From Candidatus Latescibacterota bacterium (GTDB lineage Bacteria; Latescibacterota; UBA2968; GCA-2709665): a DNA stretch of 45,970 bases. Of the stretch, positions 1-11,016 are shown piece after piece (positions within the stretch are counted from its first letter, which is position 1; the number at the start of each line of letters is the position of its first letter). The position numbers were made by a program, and so were the translations under genes. Below the pieces are notes generated by a model. The model was not told where the DNA came from. It did no database searches and saw only the letters and a program-made list of their open reading frames with translations. The stretch spans positions 1 through 45,970 of the forward strand of contig CAXXXF010000009.1 of assembly GCA_963667175.2 (NCBI GenBank), in the 5' to 3' direction.

Positions 1-1335
1 ATCAGTGACGTCAGATCGAGGCCCCGCCCCAGATCCGCAGCAAGGTCGGACACTGCCGAAAGCCGGTCGAAAGGCGGTCGACGCGCCGGCGAACCCACGG
101 GTTCAGATTGATCTTTCGGCCGGGCCAACCTGGCAAGGAGACTCGACGCCTGGCGAACATAGTGGGGTGTCTGCAGGACCGCCGCTTTGCGCGCTGCCGA
201 CTCGAGTCGCAACCGCGCCATATCCGGTTTGCCGTGCTCAAGATAATACCGGCCGGCCGCCAGCAGCGAGCGGCACCATTCGAATCGCCGGCTTGACCGG
301 TCGCCCTCGACGGACCGCTCGAACGCCTCTTCGGCCTCAGCATGTCGACTCGCGGCCGCCATCGCGACCCCGATCCCGCGCCAGGTCACCGTAGGAGTTT
401 CGCCGGCCATCCGGGTGCCCGCGCGGGCGCTTGCCGCCCATCTCACCGCCTCGTCGGAGCTCCCCAGGGCCGAGCAGGCCTCGGCCATCAGGCCGAACGC
501 CCAGTAGAGCTGATGCGCGTCCTTAAAGTGAGACAGAATCTCAACGGCCATTCTTCCATATACGGATGCGGTCTTCGCGTCGTTCTTCTCCAGTGCGATC
601 GAACCAAGGTAAAACTGGCTCACACCTTCCGCCACGGTTCGTCTCCACTCGCGGTCTGCCCTCCAACTGTGCGCGGAAGAACTCTTCAGCACGTTTGAAA
701 TTTCCGGTCTGAAAAGCGGCCGTGCCGGTTAGATGCATATCGCCAACGGGACTGGCCCGGCCAACCGCTTTGTCCGACCGTTTCAGAGCAGATTGGAACC
801 CGATATGAGCATCTCCAAGACGATCGTCCAGATGGGCGATGCAAGCCCTGAAATAGCTGGCTTTCGACCTGCTCGCCGCGTCATCGGCCCTCTCGAAATA
901 TTCGAAAATGCGCCTCAGTTGCACCCTGGCTTCCTCCCGCCGTTCCATCCGCACGTAAAGGTCTGCCAGCCACCCCCTCCCATCCATTTCTTTCTCTGGA
1001 AGCCCGAGCTTTCGGTAGATTGCAATCGCATCCAGAAACGCCCGTTCGGCCGCGTCGAACAACCGGGAACGGGCGTTGAGAATACCGAACTGGCACAGAA
1101 CCATCGCCTTCTCATCGGGAGTGTCGTCTGTAATCAGCGACCACGCATCCTGTGCCTTCTCCCTGGCCTCCTCGACGTAGCCCCGTGAAGACAGCGCGTT
1201 GGAATAATCGCACAGAAACCCTATCGCGGATCTGACGCTGTCGGCAGGCACAGCATCCGCGTCATCAATCCTAAACCGCGGTTTTGATACGCCTTCGAAC
1301 ATAATGTACGCGTGGTCGACGGATGAGTCAGCCAC
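1..1335 (-). CDS. TPR-repeat protein, probably continuing into a sensory/regulatory domain; one frameshift near 659-661; runs off the left edge
   Basis: ORF 541..1335 has TPR-like helical repeats (AERAFLDAIAIYRKLG, AEEFFRAQLE). Removing one base from CCC at 659-661 joins it to a frame open to position 1 with more TPR-like repeats (SQFYLGSIALEK, AEAEEAFERSVE). Confidence 0.65.
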
Positions 1336-1459
1336 CTGGCTCTATAGCGTTTCACGCAAGAAGCCAGGACGTTGTCTACAATCGGATCATTACAACTCAA
1401 CAAAAAACAAGCCGAATCGTGAGTTTTCCGTTCCTTCCTACGGTTGCAGACCGAGTGTT

Positions 1460-3602
1460 TCACCCGGAATCCTTCCGCCCCGTCAACAGCTCCAGCGGAT
1501 GGATGACGTTGATGCCCGTGCCCTCGCGCAGGTGGATGGCGCAAACGCTGCTTTCGGTGACGATGGTGTCCACCTTCGCTTCCTGAAACGCCTGAAACAG
1601 CGGTTCTCCCACGGCCTGCGAAAGCTCGTATCCGAGCATTCCCTTCTTCATCCCGAACGTTCCCGCCATGCCGCAGCAGGTGCCCGTCTCGATCAGCTCA
1701 ACCTCGGCGCCGCGCCGCCTCAGATAGTCCATGGCCTGGCGGCCCGCATCCAGGGGCCGCTGGTGGCAGGAGACGTGGAATCCGAACCGGCGGCCCCTGA
1801 AGTCAGCCGAAGGGGCCCCGCCTCCGGCGCGCGACTCGAGCATTTCGAGATACGCGAACAGCTCGTGCGTCCGTTCCGACACGGCCTTCGCATCCGCAAG
1901 ACCGTATAACAGCTTGGGATAGGATATCTTCAGACAGTACGCGGCCGTCGGCTCCGTGGCGACGATATCGTAGCCCGACTCGACGTAGGGCGCCATGAGG
2001 CGCACGTTCTCCTCGGCCAGCTTCTTTGCCCGCTTGAGGTCTCCATAGCCGATGTACGGGTAGCCGCTGCCGCGCTGCCTGGGCAGAACCACCTCGCATC
2101 CCAGCGCTTCCAGCGCCTCTACGGCCGCCCGGCCCAGTTCCGGCGCATTGTAATTCGCGAAGAGGTCGGCAAAGAATACCACCCGGCCCGCCGGTTCCGC
2201 CACCCGAGGCGCCGCGCCCCGCATCCTGAACCATTTCGCCAGCGTCTGACGCCTGAACGGGGGCAACGCCCGCCTCCGGTCGATGCCCGTGAACGCCTCC
2301 ATCGCCCACCGGAACACGCGGTTCCTCATCATCCAGTTGGAGACGGGCGCCGTGGCACAGCCGAACTTCGCCATCCCTTCCGCGGCCATCAGAATCCGGT
2401 TGACCCGGGGGTGACCGTTCTCCTCGCCGTCGCGGTCCTTCACGCCGGCAATCATCATGGGAATATCGATTTCGGCCGGACAGATCTCCTTGCAGAGCCC
2501 GCAGGAGATACAAAGCGGCGCGAACTCGGCGGCCTTGTCCAGTCCGTGGACCTCCGACGTCCAGGGGATCCCGATCGGTCCCGGATAGATATGGCCGAAT
2601 GTGTGCCCGCCGACCACTCCGTAGGTGGGACAAATATTCATGCAGGCGCCCGCAGCGGATGCAATTCAGCGCGTCCTTGAACAGGGGATCCTCACGCATC
2701 CGGCTGCGTCCGTTGTCCAGGATGATGATATGCGACTCCCGCGGTCCACGTCCGTCCCCCGTTCCCAGAGGAGACCGCCCCCCCATCATTGTCACGTACG
2801 TCGTCAGATGCTGCCCCACGGCGCTGATGGGATGCGCGAGCATCATCTGCAGCGCATCCTCGACCGTATCCACGATCTTCTCACACCCCATGATGCAGAT
2901 ATGGACGTTGGGTATACTTGAAACCAGGCGCGCGTTGCCCTCATTGGTCTCGATGACGATCGCACCGGTCTCCGCGACCCCCACGTTGGCCCCAGTCATC
3001 CCGATATCCGCGTTCAGAAAAATCGGCCGCAGGTACTTGCGCACGATTCGCATGATGGCGTCCACGTCATTCGGCACGTCCTTCTGCGTCACCTCCCGGA
3101 ATATTTCCGCGACTTCCACCGCCGTTTTGTGTACGGCAGGGAAGACCAGGTGAAAGGGCTTTTCCTTCACTTTCTGGATGATCAGTTCACCCAGGTCCGT
3201 CTCGATCACGTCCACCCCCGCCTCTTCCAGAGGTTGATTCACCTCGATTTCCTCGCTCGTGAGAGACTTGGACTTGGCCACGGTCCTGGCCCCGCGCTTT
3301 TTCACGACGTCCAGAATGTACGCAATCGCGGCGGGGCCGTCGTTCGCCCTGAAAACCTCCGCGCCGCGCTGCCGCACCTTGCGTGAAAACCGTTCCAACA
3401 GTTCGTCCTGCTGCTCCAGACACCGGACCTTGACCGAACGAACCGCGTTCCGGAACCCCTCGCCCGCCGGCAGCGCGCCCACGGCCTTGTGCCGGCTGTC
3501 GCGGCCGCGCTTCATCGCGCGGTAAAGCGCCGTCCTGCTGGACCGCGCTTCGAGCGCACGGTCGATTTTTTCTTCCAGTCGCTGGTACCGACCCTTCAGC
3601 AT
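1460..3602 (-). CDS. lutB: LutB/YkgF-like lactate utilization protein (LUD domain + 4Fe-4S dicluster) fused to a CCG-domain Fe-S oxidoreductase region; frameshift at 2649-2651
   Basis: N-terminal half has KSKSLTSEEI, ETDLGELIIQ, GANVGVAETG, NEGNARL and CIRCG. The other frame continues MNICPTY, CISCGLCKEICP, CCGMAGTFG. Deleting one base restores CIRCGACMNICP. Confidence 0.85.
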
Positions 3603-3660
3603 CGTCCACTTCCTTTGCGCGAAAACCGTCTGGTTTGAATTCGAACCGCCAGGACGTATC

Positions 3661-4227
3661 CTATGCGTCCAGAATGACAGCGTGAGCCATCTCCGGGCCA
3701 TGGACACCCAGCGTGAGCCGCATCTCGATATCGGCAGTGCGGCTCGGGCCCGATATGAACGTCACGGTGGCATTCTCCGGCTGATCTGTCATAAACTCAC
3801 GAATCCGGGGTCCTGCGTCCATCAGCGTCTCCTCAATCTCCTCGGCCCGAACGACGCCCAGATGCGCCCTTGGCAGCGTGGAAACCAGCCGGGTCGCGTC
3901 GTCTGTCGCGAATTCGACGAGCGCGCCCGCGTCGGCCACGGCAAACTCCGCCCAGGACACCCCCACGTCCACGGCGTCGATCGCGCCCGGCAGCGTTGAA
4001 CCGTCGTAGGGCGGCCTCGACAGCCCGACCCCCGCATCAGCGCACCGCGACGCCAGTTCCCGCATCAGTGCTTCCGGAAGCTCAGCCGCGGCCAGCCGGG
4101 TCCCCCCGCACTCGCGAACGACCGAGAGCACCGCCTCCGCCGCGGCCGCCAGGCTGTCGACTCTGTGTACGCGTCCCGAGAGCGTTTCGTACTTGGATAC
4201 AAACCGTTCGATGACTTCGGCCGCCAT
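3661..4227 (-). CDS. lutC: LutC/YkgG family LUD-domain protein
   Basis: C-terminal FISGPSRTADIEMRLTLGVHGP signature; adjacent to lutB. Confidence 0.9.
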   Translation of the reverse strand: MAAEVIERFVSKYETLSGRVHRVDSLAAAAEAVLSVVRECGGTRLAAAELPEALMRELASRCADAGVGLSRPPYDGSTLPGAIDAVDVGVSWAEFAVADAGALVEFATDDATRLVSTLPRAHLGVVRAEEIEETLMDAGPRIREFMTDQPENATVTFISGPSRTADIEMRLTLGVHGPEMAHAVILDA

Positions 4228-4530
4228 CACTCCCCCCTTTCCATGACGTCCCGACACCATGAGTTTCGGGCGCAAACAAGGTAAGCGCAAAACGGTCCCG
4301 GGTCAACCGTCACCCGGACGGACCGCGCTTCCGAACCGGTCCGTTTTCGATTGTCGCGGTTGCGCGGGCAACGTATATTCGTCGCTCCGGAATCGAGGCC
4401 GGTTCGGCGTCTCGTCAGACCGGATTCTTGCCGATTGTCACCGGCGATGCGGTCGTGCGTTCCCTGCGGTTGCCGGGAGATCCGGGCCACCGCCGTTTCG
4501 GCCGGCGCGTCAACCCACGGAGCACTTCCA

Positions 4531-5526
4531 ATGGTGAAGCCCATTCGCATTCTGCACATCGGCCTGGGGCCGCTCGGACAGATGCTGGGACCGTATTTGG
4601 CGGAAAAGGATAATCTGCAACTGGTCGGCGCCGTCGACGTCGATCCGAGAATGGCCGGCCGTGACCTGGGGACCCTGTACGGCCTGGAGCGGCCGCTGGA
4701 CGTCGCCGTGGCGTCAGAACCGGACGCCGGGACGATGAACGTCGCGGACGTCGCCGTCGTCACCACCGTGTCCGAACTTTGCGCGCTGCTCCCCACGCTC
4801 GAACGAATCATGGAGGGCGGCCTGAACGTGGTCTCCACATGCGAGGAACTGGCGTATCCCTGGGTTGCGGAACCGGAACTCGCCCGTCGCATCGACGATG
4901 CTGCGAAGGCCAACCGCGTATCCGTACTGGGCACCGGTGTGAACCCGGGGTTCCTGATGGACTTTCTGCCGACCGCGGCCACCGCCGTCTGCCGGAACGT
5001 GGAGTCCATCCGGGTCGAACGCATCCAGGACGCTTCGCAGCGGCGTTTGCCCTTCCGCGAGAAAATCGGCGCAGGACTCTCCGTCGACGCCTTCGAGAAA
5101 CGCGTCCGCGGACGCAAGATCCGCCACGTGGGACTGACGCAGTCCATGCATATGGTCGCGTCCGGACTCGGCTGGCGGCTGGAGAGGACCGAGGATATCG
5201 TGGAACCGGTGATCGCGCGAACGGAGGCGCGCGGGAAGGACTGGTCCGTTCCGGCCGGACGGGTCACGGGCGTGAACCAGACGGGCAGGGGTTACATGGA
5301 CAACCGGGAGGTGCTCACGCTCGTTTTTCGCGCAGCCGTGGGCGAACCGCGCCCCAGAGACCGCATCCGCGTCTTGGGCACTCCGGAAATCGATCTCGCC
5401 GTTGCCGGCGGCATCAATGGAGACGTCGCCACCTGTTCCATCGTCGCCAATGCGATTCCGGTTGTCCACCGTGCGCCGCCCGGCCTGCGTACCATGGTCG
5501 ACGTCCCCCCCATATCGGCATTCTAA
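4531..5526 (+). CDS. NAD(P)-dependent oxidoreductase, dihydrodipicolinate reductase-like / 2,4-diaminopentanoate dehydrogenase-like
   Basis: Rossmann GLGPLG; NVVSTCEEL, GTGVNPGFLMD, GGINGDVAT, PGLRTMVD motifs. Confidence 0.75.
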   Translation: MVKPIRILHIGLGPLGQMLGPYLAEKDNLQLVGAVDVDPRMAGRDLGTLYGLERPLDVAVASEPDAGTMNVADVAVVTTVSELCALLPTLERIMEGGLNVVSTCEELAYPWVAEPELARRIDDAAKANRVSVLGTGVNPGFLMDFLPTAATAVCRNVESIRVERIQDASQRRLPFREKIGAGLSVDAFEKRVRGRKIRHVGLTQSMHMVASGLGWRLERTEDIVEPVIARTEARGKDWSVPAGRVTGVNQTGRGYMDNREVLTLVFRAAVGEPRPRDRIRVLGTPEIDLAVAGGINGDVATCSIVANAIPVVHRAPPGLRTMVDVPPISAF

Positions 5527-5733
5527 CAGTCCGTTGAAAAAGTCGCTCTGCAGGCGAGGCCGAGTCATTGTGGCCGAAGACAAGACGCGCGACCGACGCG
5601 AATCCCTGGATTCGGGGAGGGAGCGCCTGCCTGCCGCAGGCAGGCAACGCCGTATTTCGGCCATAAGGGCCGGTCGCCTGTCTGCGTGCGAACGCACACG
5701 CAGGCAGCCCGGATGGACTTTTTCAAAGGGCTG
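5527..5733. mobile_element. MITE family A, copy 1 (207 bp)
   Basis: Imperfect TIRs CAGTCCGTTGAAAAAGTC / GACTTTTTCAAAGGGCTG flanked by a CTAA direct repeat (5523-5526, 5734-5737); highly similar to 43651-43829; no transposase. Confidence 0.9.
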
Positions 5734-6036
5734 CTAACCCCATGCCGGGCGTCCTCCTTCCCGCATGGGCCGATACGCCGCCTGACTCAACCCTCGACCT
5801 CAAGCCCTCCGCGACCTCCCGGCGTACTCCAGAATCCGCATTGCTGTTGCAAAATATACACGTCTGTGTTATTCTTTCACAGGGCCAGGCGATGCGCCGG
5901 ACCAGGATCCGGGCGCAAACGCCTGTTTTGCATCCGATTCGAGATAAACGCAAGGCGGTTATCCTGGTACGGTTTTTGCGGAATTTGATTAACCTCCTTG
6001 AACGAGGTCGGGCGGATTCCCGCGGAGGTTAGCGCC

Positions 6037-7398
6037 ATGTCTCCAAGATATCTCACGATTCGGCCGAATTCCGGCAACCGGTCTACGCGACCGGACACTG
6101 GCGCGATTTGCTGCCGGATTGTCCTGCTTGCCCTCCTCTTCGCATGTGCGGACGCCTCGCTGTTGTACGCGCAGGATGGCACCGGATACGTGGTGGAACG
6201 CATCGAGGTTCGCGGCAATCGCAAGACAAAAGCCGATATCATCCTTCGTTCCCTTCCAATTCACACCGGTGACCGGCTCACACCAGGCAGACTGGATGCC
6301 AGCCGCGAATCGCTCTACCGCACGCGCCTCTTCCGGACGGTGCACGTCGCGCCAAAGCCCGGCACCCAACAGGGCAAGGCCGTGCTGGTGGTCTACGTCG
6401 ACGAAAAGCGGTTCGGCGACGCCGGCATCAGCTTCGAATACACCGAACTGGACGGATTCGGGCTTGCGGCCGACGCCTACCATGTCAACCTCGGCGGCGA
6501 GGGCAAGACCGTGGGCGTCGAGTATTCGCACGGTGAGCGACTGCAGCGCTTTGGCTTCAGCTATGCCGACCCCTGGCTGACCAGCGGGTGCGTCTCCTTT
6601 CATGCGAAAGCCCACTTTTCGCGGGCCGATCGGGACATGTACCGCAGTTCCGATCCGTTGAAACGCGGCCTGTACGACGTGGACAGACTCGGCGGCGCCA
6701 TTGGCATTGGCAAGCCCGTCCGCGAGAAATACCGTCTGGTCGCGCGTTACGCCTTCGACGAGATTCGCGTCAACGACTTCGACGAACCGGAAGTCTTCAT
6801 TTCGGGACCGGACTTCACCCGGGAGATCAGCGCGGCTCTGGGACGCACGCCGATATCCACCTTCGGCATCAAACTCTACCGGCAGCCCCCCTCGAGATTC
6901 CGGGGCGGCACCCCGGGGTTCGATTTCAGTTTCCGAATGGATTTCGCACCCGGCGCCCTGGGAAACAACCCGAGCTACCTGCGGACCCGAGTGGAGGCCT
7001 ACCGCCATTTCGCATCCCTTCCCGGCCAGATCCTGAGTATCGGGGGACGCGCGGGTCACATCTTCGGTACACCCCCGTTTTTTGACCGGTTCTATTTCGA
7101 CGGTCAGAATCAGCTCCGGGGGTTCGAACGGCGCGCGATCGGCCCCGAGGGCGGCACGGAGTTTGTTTCGATAGAAGGCGTCTATGCGATCGCATCCCGG
7201 CCTATCGGCAGGATCTACTGTTTTACCGAGTGGGCCGCGATTCGCCGACCGGTCGGGAAGGGTCACGTCAGGGATTCGAACGGCACCTATGGTATCGGCG
7301 CATTGCTGTTTAACCGGATCGACATCAGCTACGGCTTGAAAAGGGGCACGCTCATCGTGAAATTCCACCGGTTCGGCGGAATCAACATGGGTCTGTAA
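6037..7398 (+). CDS. Omp85 (BamA/TamA-like) outer membrane protein with an N-terminal POTRA domain
   Basis: Signal peptide, POTRA-like VERIEVRGNRKTKADIILR...LYRTRLF, barrel lid motif QLRGF. Confidence 0.8.
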   Translation: MSPRYLTIRPNSGNRSTRPDTGAICCRIVLLALLFACADASLLYAQDGTGYVVERIEVRGNRKTKADIILRSLPIHTGDRLTPGRLDASRESLYRTRLFRTVHVAPKPGTQQGKAVLVVYVDEKRFGDAGISFEYTELDGFGLAADAYHVNLGGEGKTVGVEYSHGERLQRFGFSYADPWLTSGCVSFHAKAHFSRADRDMYRSSDPLKRGLYDVDRLGGAIGIGKPVREKYRLVARYAFDEIRVNDFDEPEVFISGPDFTREISAALGRTPISTFGIKLYRQPPSRFRGGTPGFDFSFRMDFAPGALGNNPSYLRTRVEAYRHFASLPGQILSIGGRAGHIFGTPPFFDRFYFDGQNQLRGFERRAIGPEGGTEFVSIEGVYAIASRPIGRIYCFTEWAAIRRPVGKGHVRDSNGTYGIGALLFNRIDISYGLKRGTLIVKFHRFGGINMGL

Positions 7399-7459
7399 GC
7401 CGGAGGGAACGGCGCCCGGTTACCCGCCCATACCGAACGAAACAGACCAAGCTCCCGAA

Positions 7460-8086
7460 ATGCATACCTATCGAGGCAAAGCAGAGGCGTCCACGCGAAT
7501 TGTCGGCATTTGCGCTTGCCTCGTTTTTTTTGTGGCGTTCCCCGTCGATTCCGGCGCCCGGGACGTCACCGTCGCGGCGCGGACGGTCTACGTGCGGGCG
7601 GACACGCTGAAACTGAATATCGAACTGGATTCTCTCTTTTCGCGTCGCGCACTGGATGCCATCGCGTCAGGCCTGATCACGTCGGTCGTCATGGAATTCC
7701 GGCTGGAATCGGACCGGCACTCGAAAGCGCTGGAACGCACGGTAGGGATGCGTCTGGACCACGACATCTGGGAGGGAAGGTATCGTGTGGTGCGCAACAC
7801 CGGCCGGCTGGACACCCTGCAGACGGCCCATTTCGATACGGTCAAGACGTTCTGCTCGGTCCTCCAGGGCCTCTCGATCGGGCCGCTTCCCGACGGCCGC
7901 AATTTCAGGCTGCGCCTTCGCGTGGGCGTCACCCCCATTTCCGTAGAACAGGAGCAACGCTCACGCCGCTGGCTTAATGTCCTGCAGAGAGGAAGCCTGC
8001 TTGAGCTCTTCATCTCGCTGGACCGGCCCACGAAACGCACCCCGTGGATCGATGTCAGCCAATTCTCGCCGGAGGATCTGCAATGA
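7460..8086 (+). CDS. DUF4390-like exported protein
   Basis: Signal peptide; size and position directly upstream of an NtrY-like kinase, with overlapping stop/start. Confidence 0.55.
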   Translation: MHTYRGKAEASTRIVGICACLVFFVAFPVDSGARDVTVAARTVYVRADTLKLNIELDSLFSRRALDAIASGLITSVVMEFRLESDRHSKALERTVGMRLDHDIWEGRYRVVRNTGRLDTLQTAHFDTVKTFCSVLQGLSIGPLPDGRNFRLRLRVGVTPISVEQEQRSRRWLNVLQRGSLLELFISLDRPTKRTPWIDVSQFSPEDLQ

Positions 8087-9579
8087 GATCCCTACCCCTG
8101 CGCTGGCGCATCGTCATCGCGCTCATCGCCCTCACGCTGGGCACCACACTGGCACTGTCCCTGCTTGCCCAACATTTCCTGGAGTCAGGCCTGCGGCTGC
8201 AGGACAACATCAGCGCGAGCACCAGCCGGGCACTGAACGACGCGGTCGAACTGGCAAGGAGCCATTACGAGAGCCGCAAGACGGCTCTCGGCGACGCGGG
8301 GACCCGCCTTTTCCGGTCTCCGCTGCCGTCGGAAGCCGTCCGTACGCGAGACCTGCGGCCGGTCCGTGCCTTCCTGGACCGTCACGACCTGGGTGACACA
8401 CGTCTGCGGCTCGCGGATGCGGATGAAGTCGCGTCGCTCAACCTGCGGGCGAACGCTTTCGGCCCGGCCGTGCGCAGGGCCGGCGAGCGCGACGCGTCGC
8501 TGGAACTGTACGTGCCCGCCGGAGAGATTGGACCGGCGGAAGCGGTCCTCGTCATCACAAGCCCGATGGTTGAGCTCAACAACGTCGAGCAGGCGGTCCA
8601 GGCCCATCAGTACCTGCGCATGATCGGAGGCGACCTCAGGGGCGAGTTCTTCTATTATTTCGCGCTGGCAACCGTCGCGCTTCTCGTGCCGGCCTGCCTC
8701 GTGGGCGTTCGAATCGGCTTCGGCGCCACCCGTCCTCTGCGCGAACTCGTCAAGGGCACCCGCGAACTGGCGCAGGACAACCTGGACTACCGTATTCCCC
8801 CGGGACGGGACGACGAAATCGGACTGCTGATCAGCTCCTTCAATCGGATGGCGGAGGACCTGACGCAGAACCGGCGGCAGCGCCTCGAGGCGGAAAAGGT
8901 CGCGGCCTGGCGCGAGATCGCCCGGCGCCTTGCCCACGAAATCAAGAATCCGCTGACACCGATTCAGCTGACGGTCCAGCAGATCCGCGACAAATACCCG
9001 GGCGAAGACCCCGCATACCGGAAGCTTGTCCAGGACTGTACCGAAATCGTCACGGAAGAGGTGGAGAGCCTGAGAAAACTGGTTCAGGAATTCGCCGACT
9101 TCGCTCGCATGCCTTCCCTGTCGCTCGGGAGGCACAGCCTGAACGGGGTGGTTGCCGATATCGTGCGGCTCTATCCTGAAGCCGGAATCGCCCTTGAACT
9201 CACACCGGAGATTCCCGATCTGGATCTGGACATCGAACAGATGCGCCGCGTGCTGATCAACCTGATCGAAAACGGTCTGGAAGCCGCCGGACAGCGGGGC
9301 CGGATCGTCATTCGGACCGAACGTCATCCGAACGCGGTCAAGCTCCTGGTGGCGGATTCGGGTCCAGGCGTGCCGGAACGGGATCGGGAGCGCATCTTCC
9401 AGCCGCACGTGTCTTCCAAACAAAGCGGCATGGGCATGGGACTGGCCGAAGTCCGCAGCACTGTCGAGAGCCACGGCGGCCAGATCGTCGCGGCGGGCGC
9501 GCCGGGAGGGGGCGCACAGTTTGAGGTTACCCTGCCCGTTCCTGAGGAACGGTCCAGACAGCCGGAGGAGAGGATATGA
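8083..9579 (+). CDS. HAMP-domain sensor histidine kinase, NtrY-like
   Basis: Two TM segments, HAMP (DDEIGLLISSFNRMAEDL), H-box AWREIARRLAHEIKNPLTPI, G boxes DSGPG and GMGMGL. Confidence 0.92.
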   Translation: MRSLPLRWRIVIALIALTLGTTLALSLLAQHFLESGLRLQDNISASTSRALNDAVELARSHYESRKTALGDAGTRLFRSPLPSEAVRTRDLRPVRAFLDRHDLGDTRLRLADADEVASLNLRANAFGPAVRRAGERDASLELYVPAGEIGPAEAVLVITSPMVELNNVEQAVQAHQYLRMIGGDLRGEFFYYFALATVALLVPACLVGVRIGFGATRPLRELVKGTRELAQDNLDYRIPPGRDDEIGLLISSFNRMAEDLTQNRRQRLEAEKVAAWREIARRLAHEIKNPLTPIQLTVQQIRDKYPGEDPAYRKLVQDCTEIVTEEVESLRKLVQEFADFARMPSLSLGRHSLNGVVADIVRLYPEAGIALELTPEIPDLDLDIEQMRRVLINLIENGLEAAGQRGRIVIRTERHPNAVKLLVADSGPGVPERDRERIFQPHVSSKQSGMGMGLAEVRSTVESHGGQIVAAGAPGGGAQFEVTLPVPEERSRQPEERI

Positions 9580-10958
9580 CAGAACCAACCATACTGGTGG
9601 TGGACGACGAACGCAACATTCGTCGGACCCTGGAGATGATCCTGTCTGCGGAAGGATACCGGGTGGTCTGCGCGGCTTCGGGCCAGGAAGCCCTCGCCGT
9701 GATGAAGTCCGAATCGCCGCAGGTGGTCCTGCTGGATATCGTCCTGCCGGGATCGAACGGGATTGAAATCCTGAAAACCGCACGGCAGAGCGACCCCGAC
9801 CTGGCCGTCATCATGATTTCCGGCCACGGAACCGTCCACGACGCCGTTGTGGCGACGAAGCTGGGCGCTTACGATTTTCTGGAAAAACCGCTGTCCCGTG
9901 AAAAGGTGCTGCTGACCCTCTCCCACGCACTTGAGAGTATCGAGCTGAGCGAAGAAAATCGCAATCTGCGCCGAAAGTTCGAAACGCGATTCGAGATGGT
10001 GGGCGAAAGCCAGGCCATCGCATCCGTTCGCGAACAGATCGCGAAGGTCGCCCCAACGAACGGCCGCGTCCTCATCCTGGGCGAGAGCGGCACCGGCAAA
10101 GAACTGGTTGCCCGGGATATCCACCGGAACAGCCGTCGATCCACGGGACCGTTCGTCAAAGTCAACTGTGCCGCGATTCCCGAAGAACTCATCGAAAGCG
10201 AGCTGTTCGGCAGCGACCGCGGCGCGTTTACGGGCTCGGTGAAGACCCGCGACGGAAAATTCCTGCTTGCGGACGGCGGAACGCTCTTCCTGGACGAAAT
10301 CGGCGATATGAGCCTGAGCGTCCAGGCCAAGGTCCTGCGGGCGCTTGAGCAGGGGGAATTCGAGCGGGTTGGCGGGTCCCGAACCCTGAAAGTGGACGTG
10401 CGCGTGATCGCCGCAACCAACAAGAACCTTCAACAACAGGTCGAGAACGGGGCATTCCGGGAGGACCTCTACTTCAGGCTCAACGTCGTGCCCATCACGG
10501 CCCCGCCATTGAGGGACCGTAAGGAAGACATACCCCTGCTCTCGGCGCATTTTCTCAAGGGATATGCCGACGAAAACGACTTCCGTCCCAAGAAGCTCAG
10601 CCCTGGGGCAATGGAGGCCCTGAAGAATCACGGATGGCCGGGCAACATCAGGGAACTGAAGAACCTGATAGAACGCCTGTCCATTATGGTCGCCGAAGAT
10701 ACGGTCGACGACCATCATCTGCCAGGCCTGGACGGTCCGCAACTCGGCCGCGGCGCCGAGCCTCCGGCGGCCGTTCGCTCACTGCCCGGCGTCGCGTCCG
10801 GGAAGAGCCTGCATCAAGTCCGTGAAGCCGTGGAAAAGGCCTACATTTCCGATGCATTGAAAAGAAACGGCTGGAACGTTACGAGGGCCGCCAGATTCCT
10901 GGGCGTTGACCGCACCAACCTCCACAAGAAAATCAAGTACTACAATATCGAGCGCTGA
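9576..10958 (+). CDS. Sigma-54-type response regulator (REC-AAA+-HTH), NtrX/NtrC-like
   Basis: Receiver (LVVDDE, LLDI), GESGTGKE, GAFTGS, LFLDEIGD, WPGNIREL, Fis-type HTH. Confidence 0.93.
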   Translation: MTEPTILVVDDERNIRRTLEMILSAEGYRVVCAASGQEALAVMKSESPQVVLLDIVLPGSNGIEILKTARQSDPDLAVIMISGHGTVHDAVVATKLGAYDFLEKPLSREKVLLTLSHALESIELSEENRNLRRKFETRFEMVGESQAIASVREQIAKVAPTNGRVLILGESGTGKELVARDIHRNSRRSTGPFVKVNCAAIPEELIESELFGSDRGAFTGSVKTRDGKFLLADGGTLFLDEIGDMSLSVQAKVLRALEQGEFERVGGSRTLKVDVRVIAATNKNLQQQVENGAFREDLYFRLNVVPITAPPLRDRKEDIPLLSAHFLKGYADENDFRPKKLSPGAMEALKNHGWPGNIRELKNLIERLSIMVAEDTVDDHHLPGLDGPQLGRGAEPPAAVRSLPGVASGKSLHQVREAVEKAYISDALKRNGWNVTRAARFLGVDRTNLHKKIKYYNIER

Positions 10959-11016
10959 CAGGCCGGGAGACGGCCGCGTTTCCGCACGCGCGGACGCCGC
11001 GGTCCGGAGACAACCA

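Noticed and set aside
659-661. Separate short TPR gene followed by non-coding DNA
   Set aside because: Removing one C gives a continuous TPR-like frame to the window edge; likely the same indel artefact.
2649-2651. Programmed frameshift in lutB
   Set aside because: One extra C in a CCC run breaks a CxxCxxC motif, with no slippery heptamer. The same error type occurs at 659-661, so a sequencing or assembly homopolymer error is more likely. Raw reads would decide.
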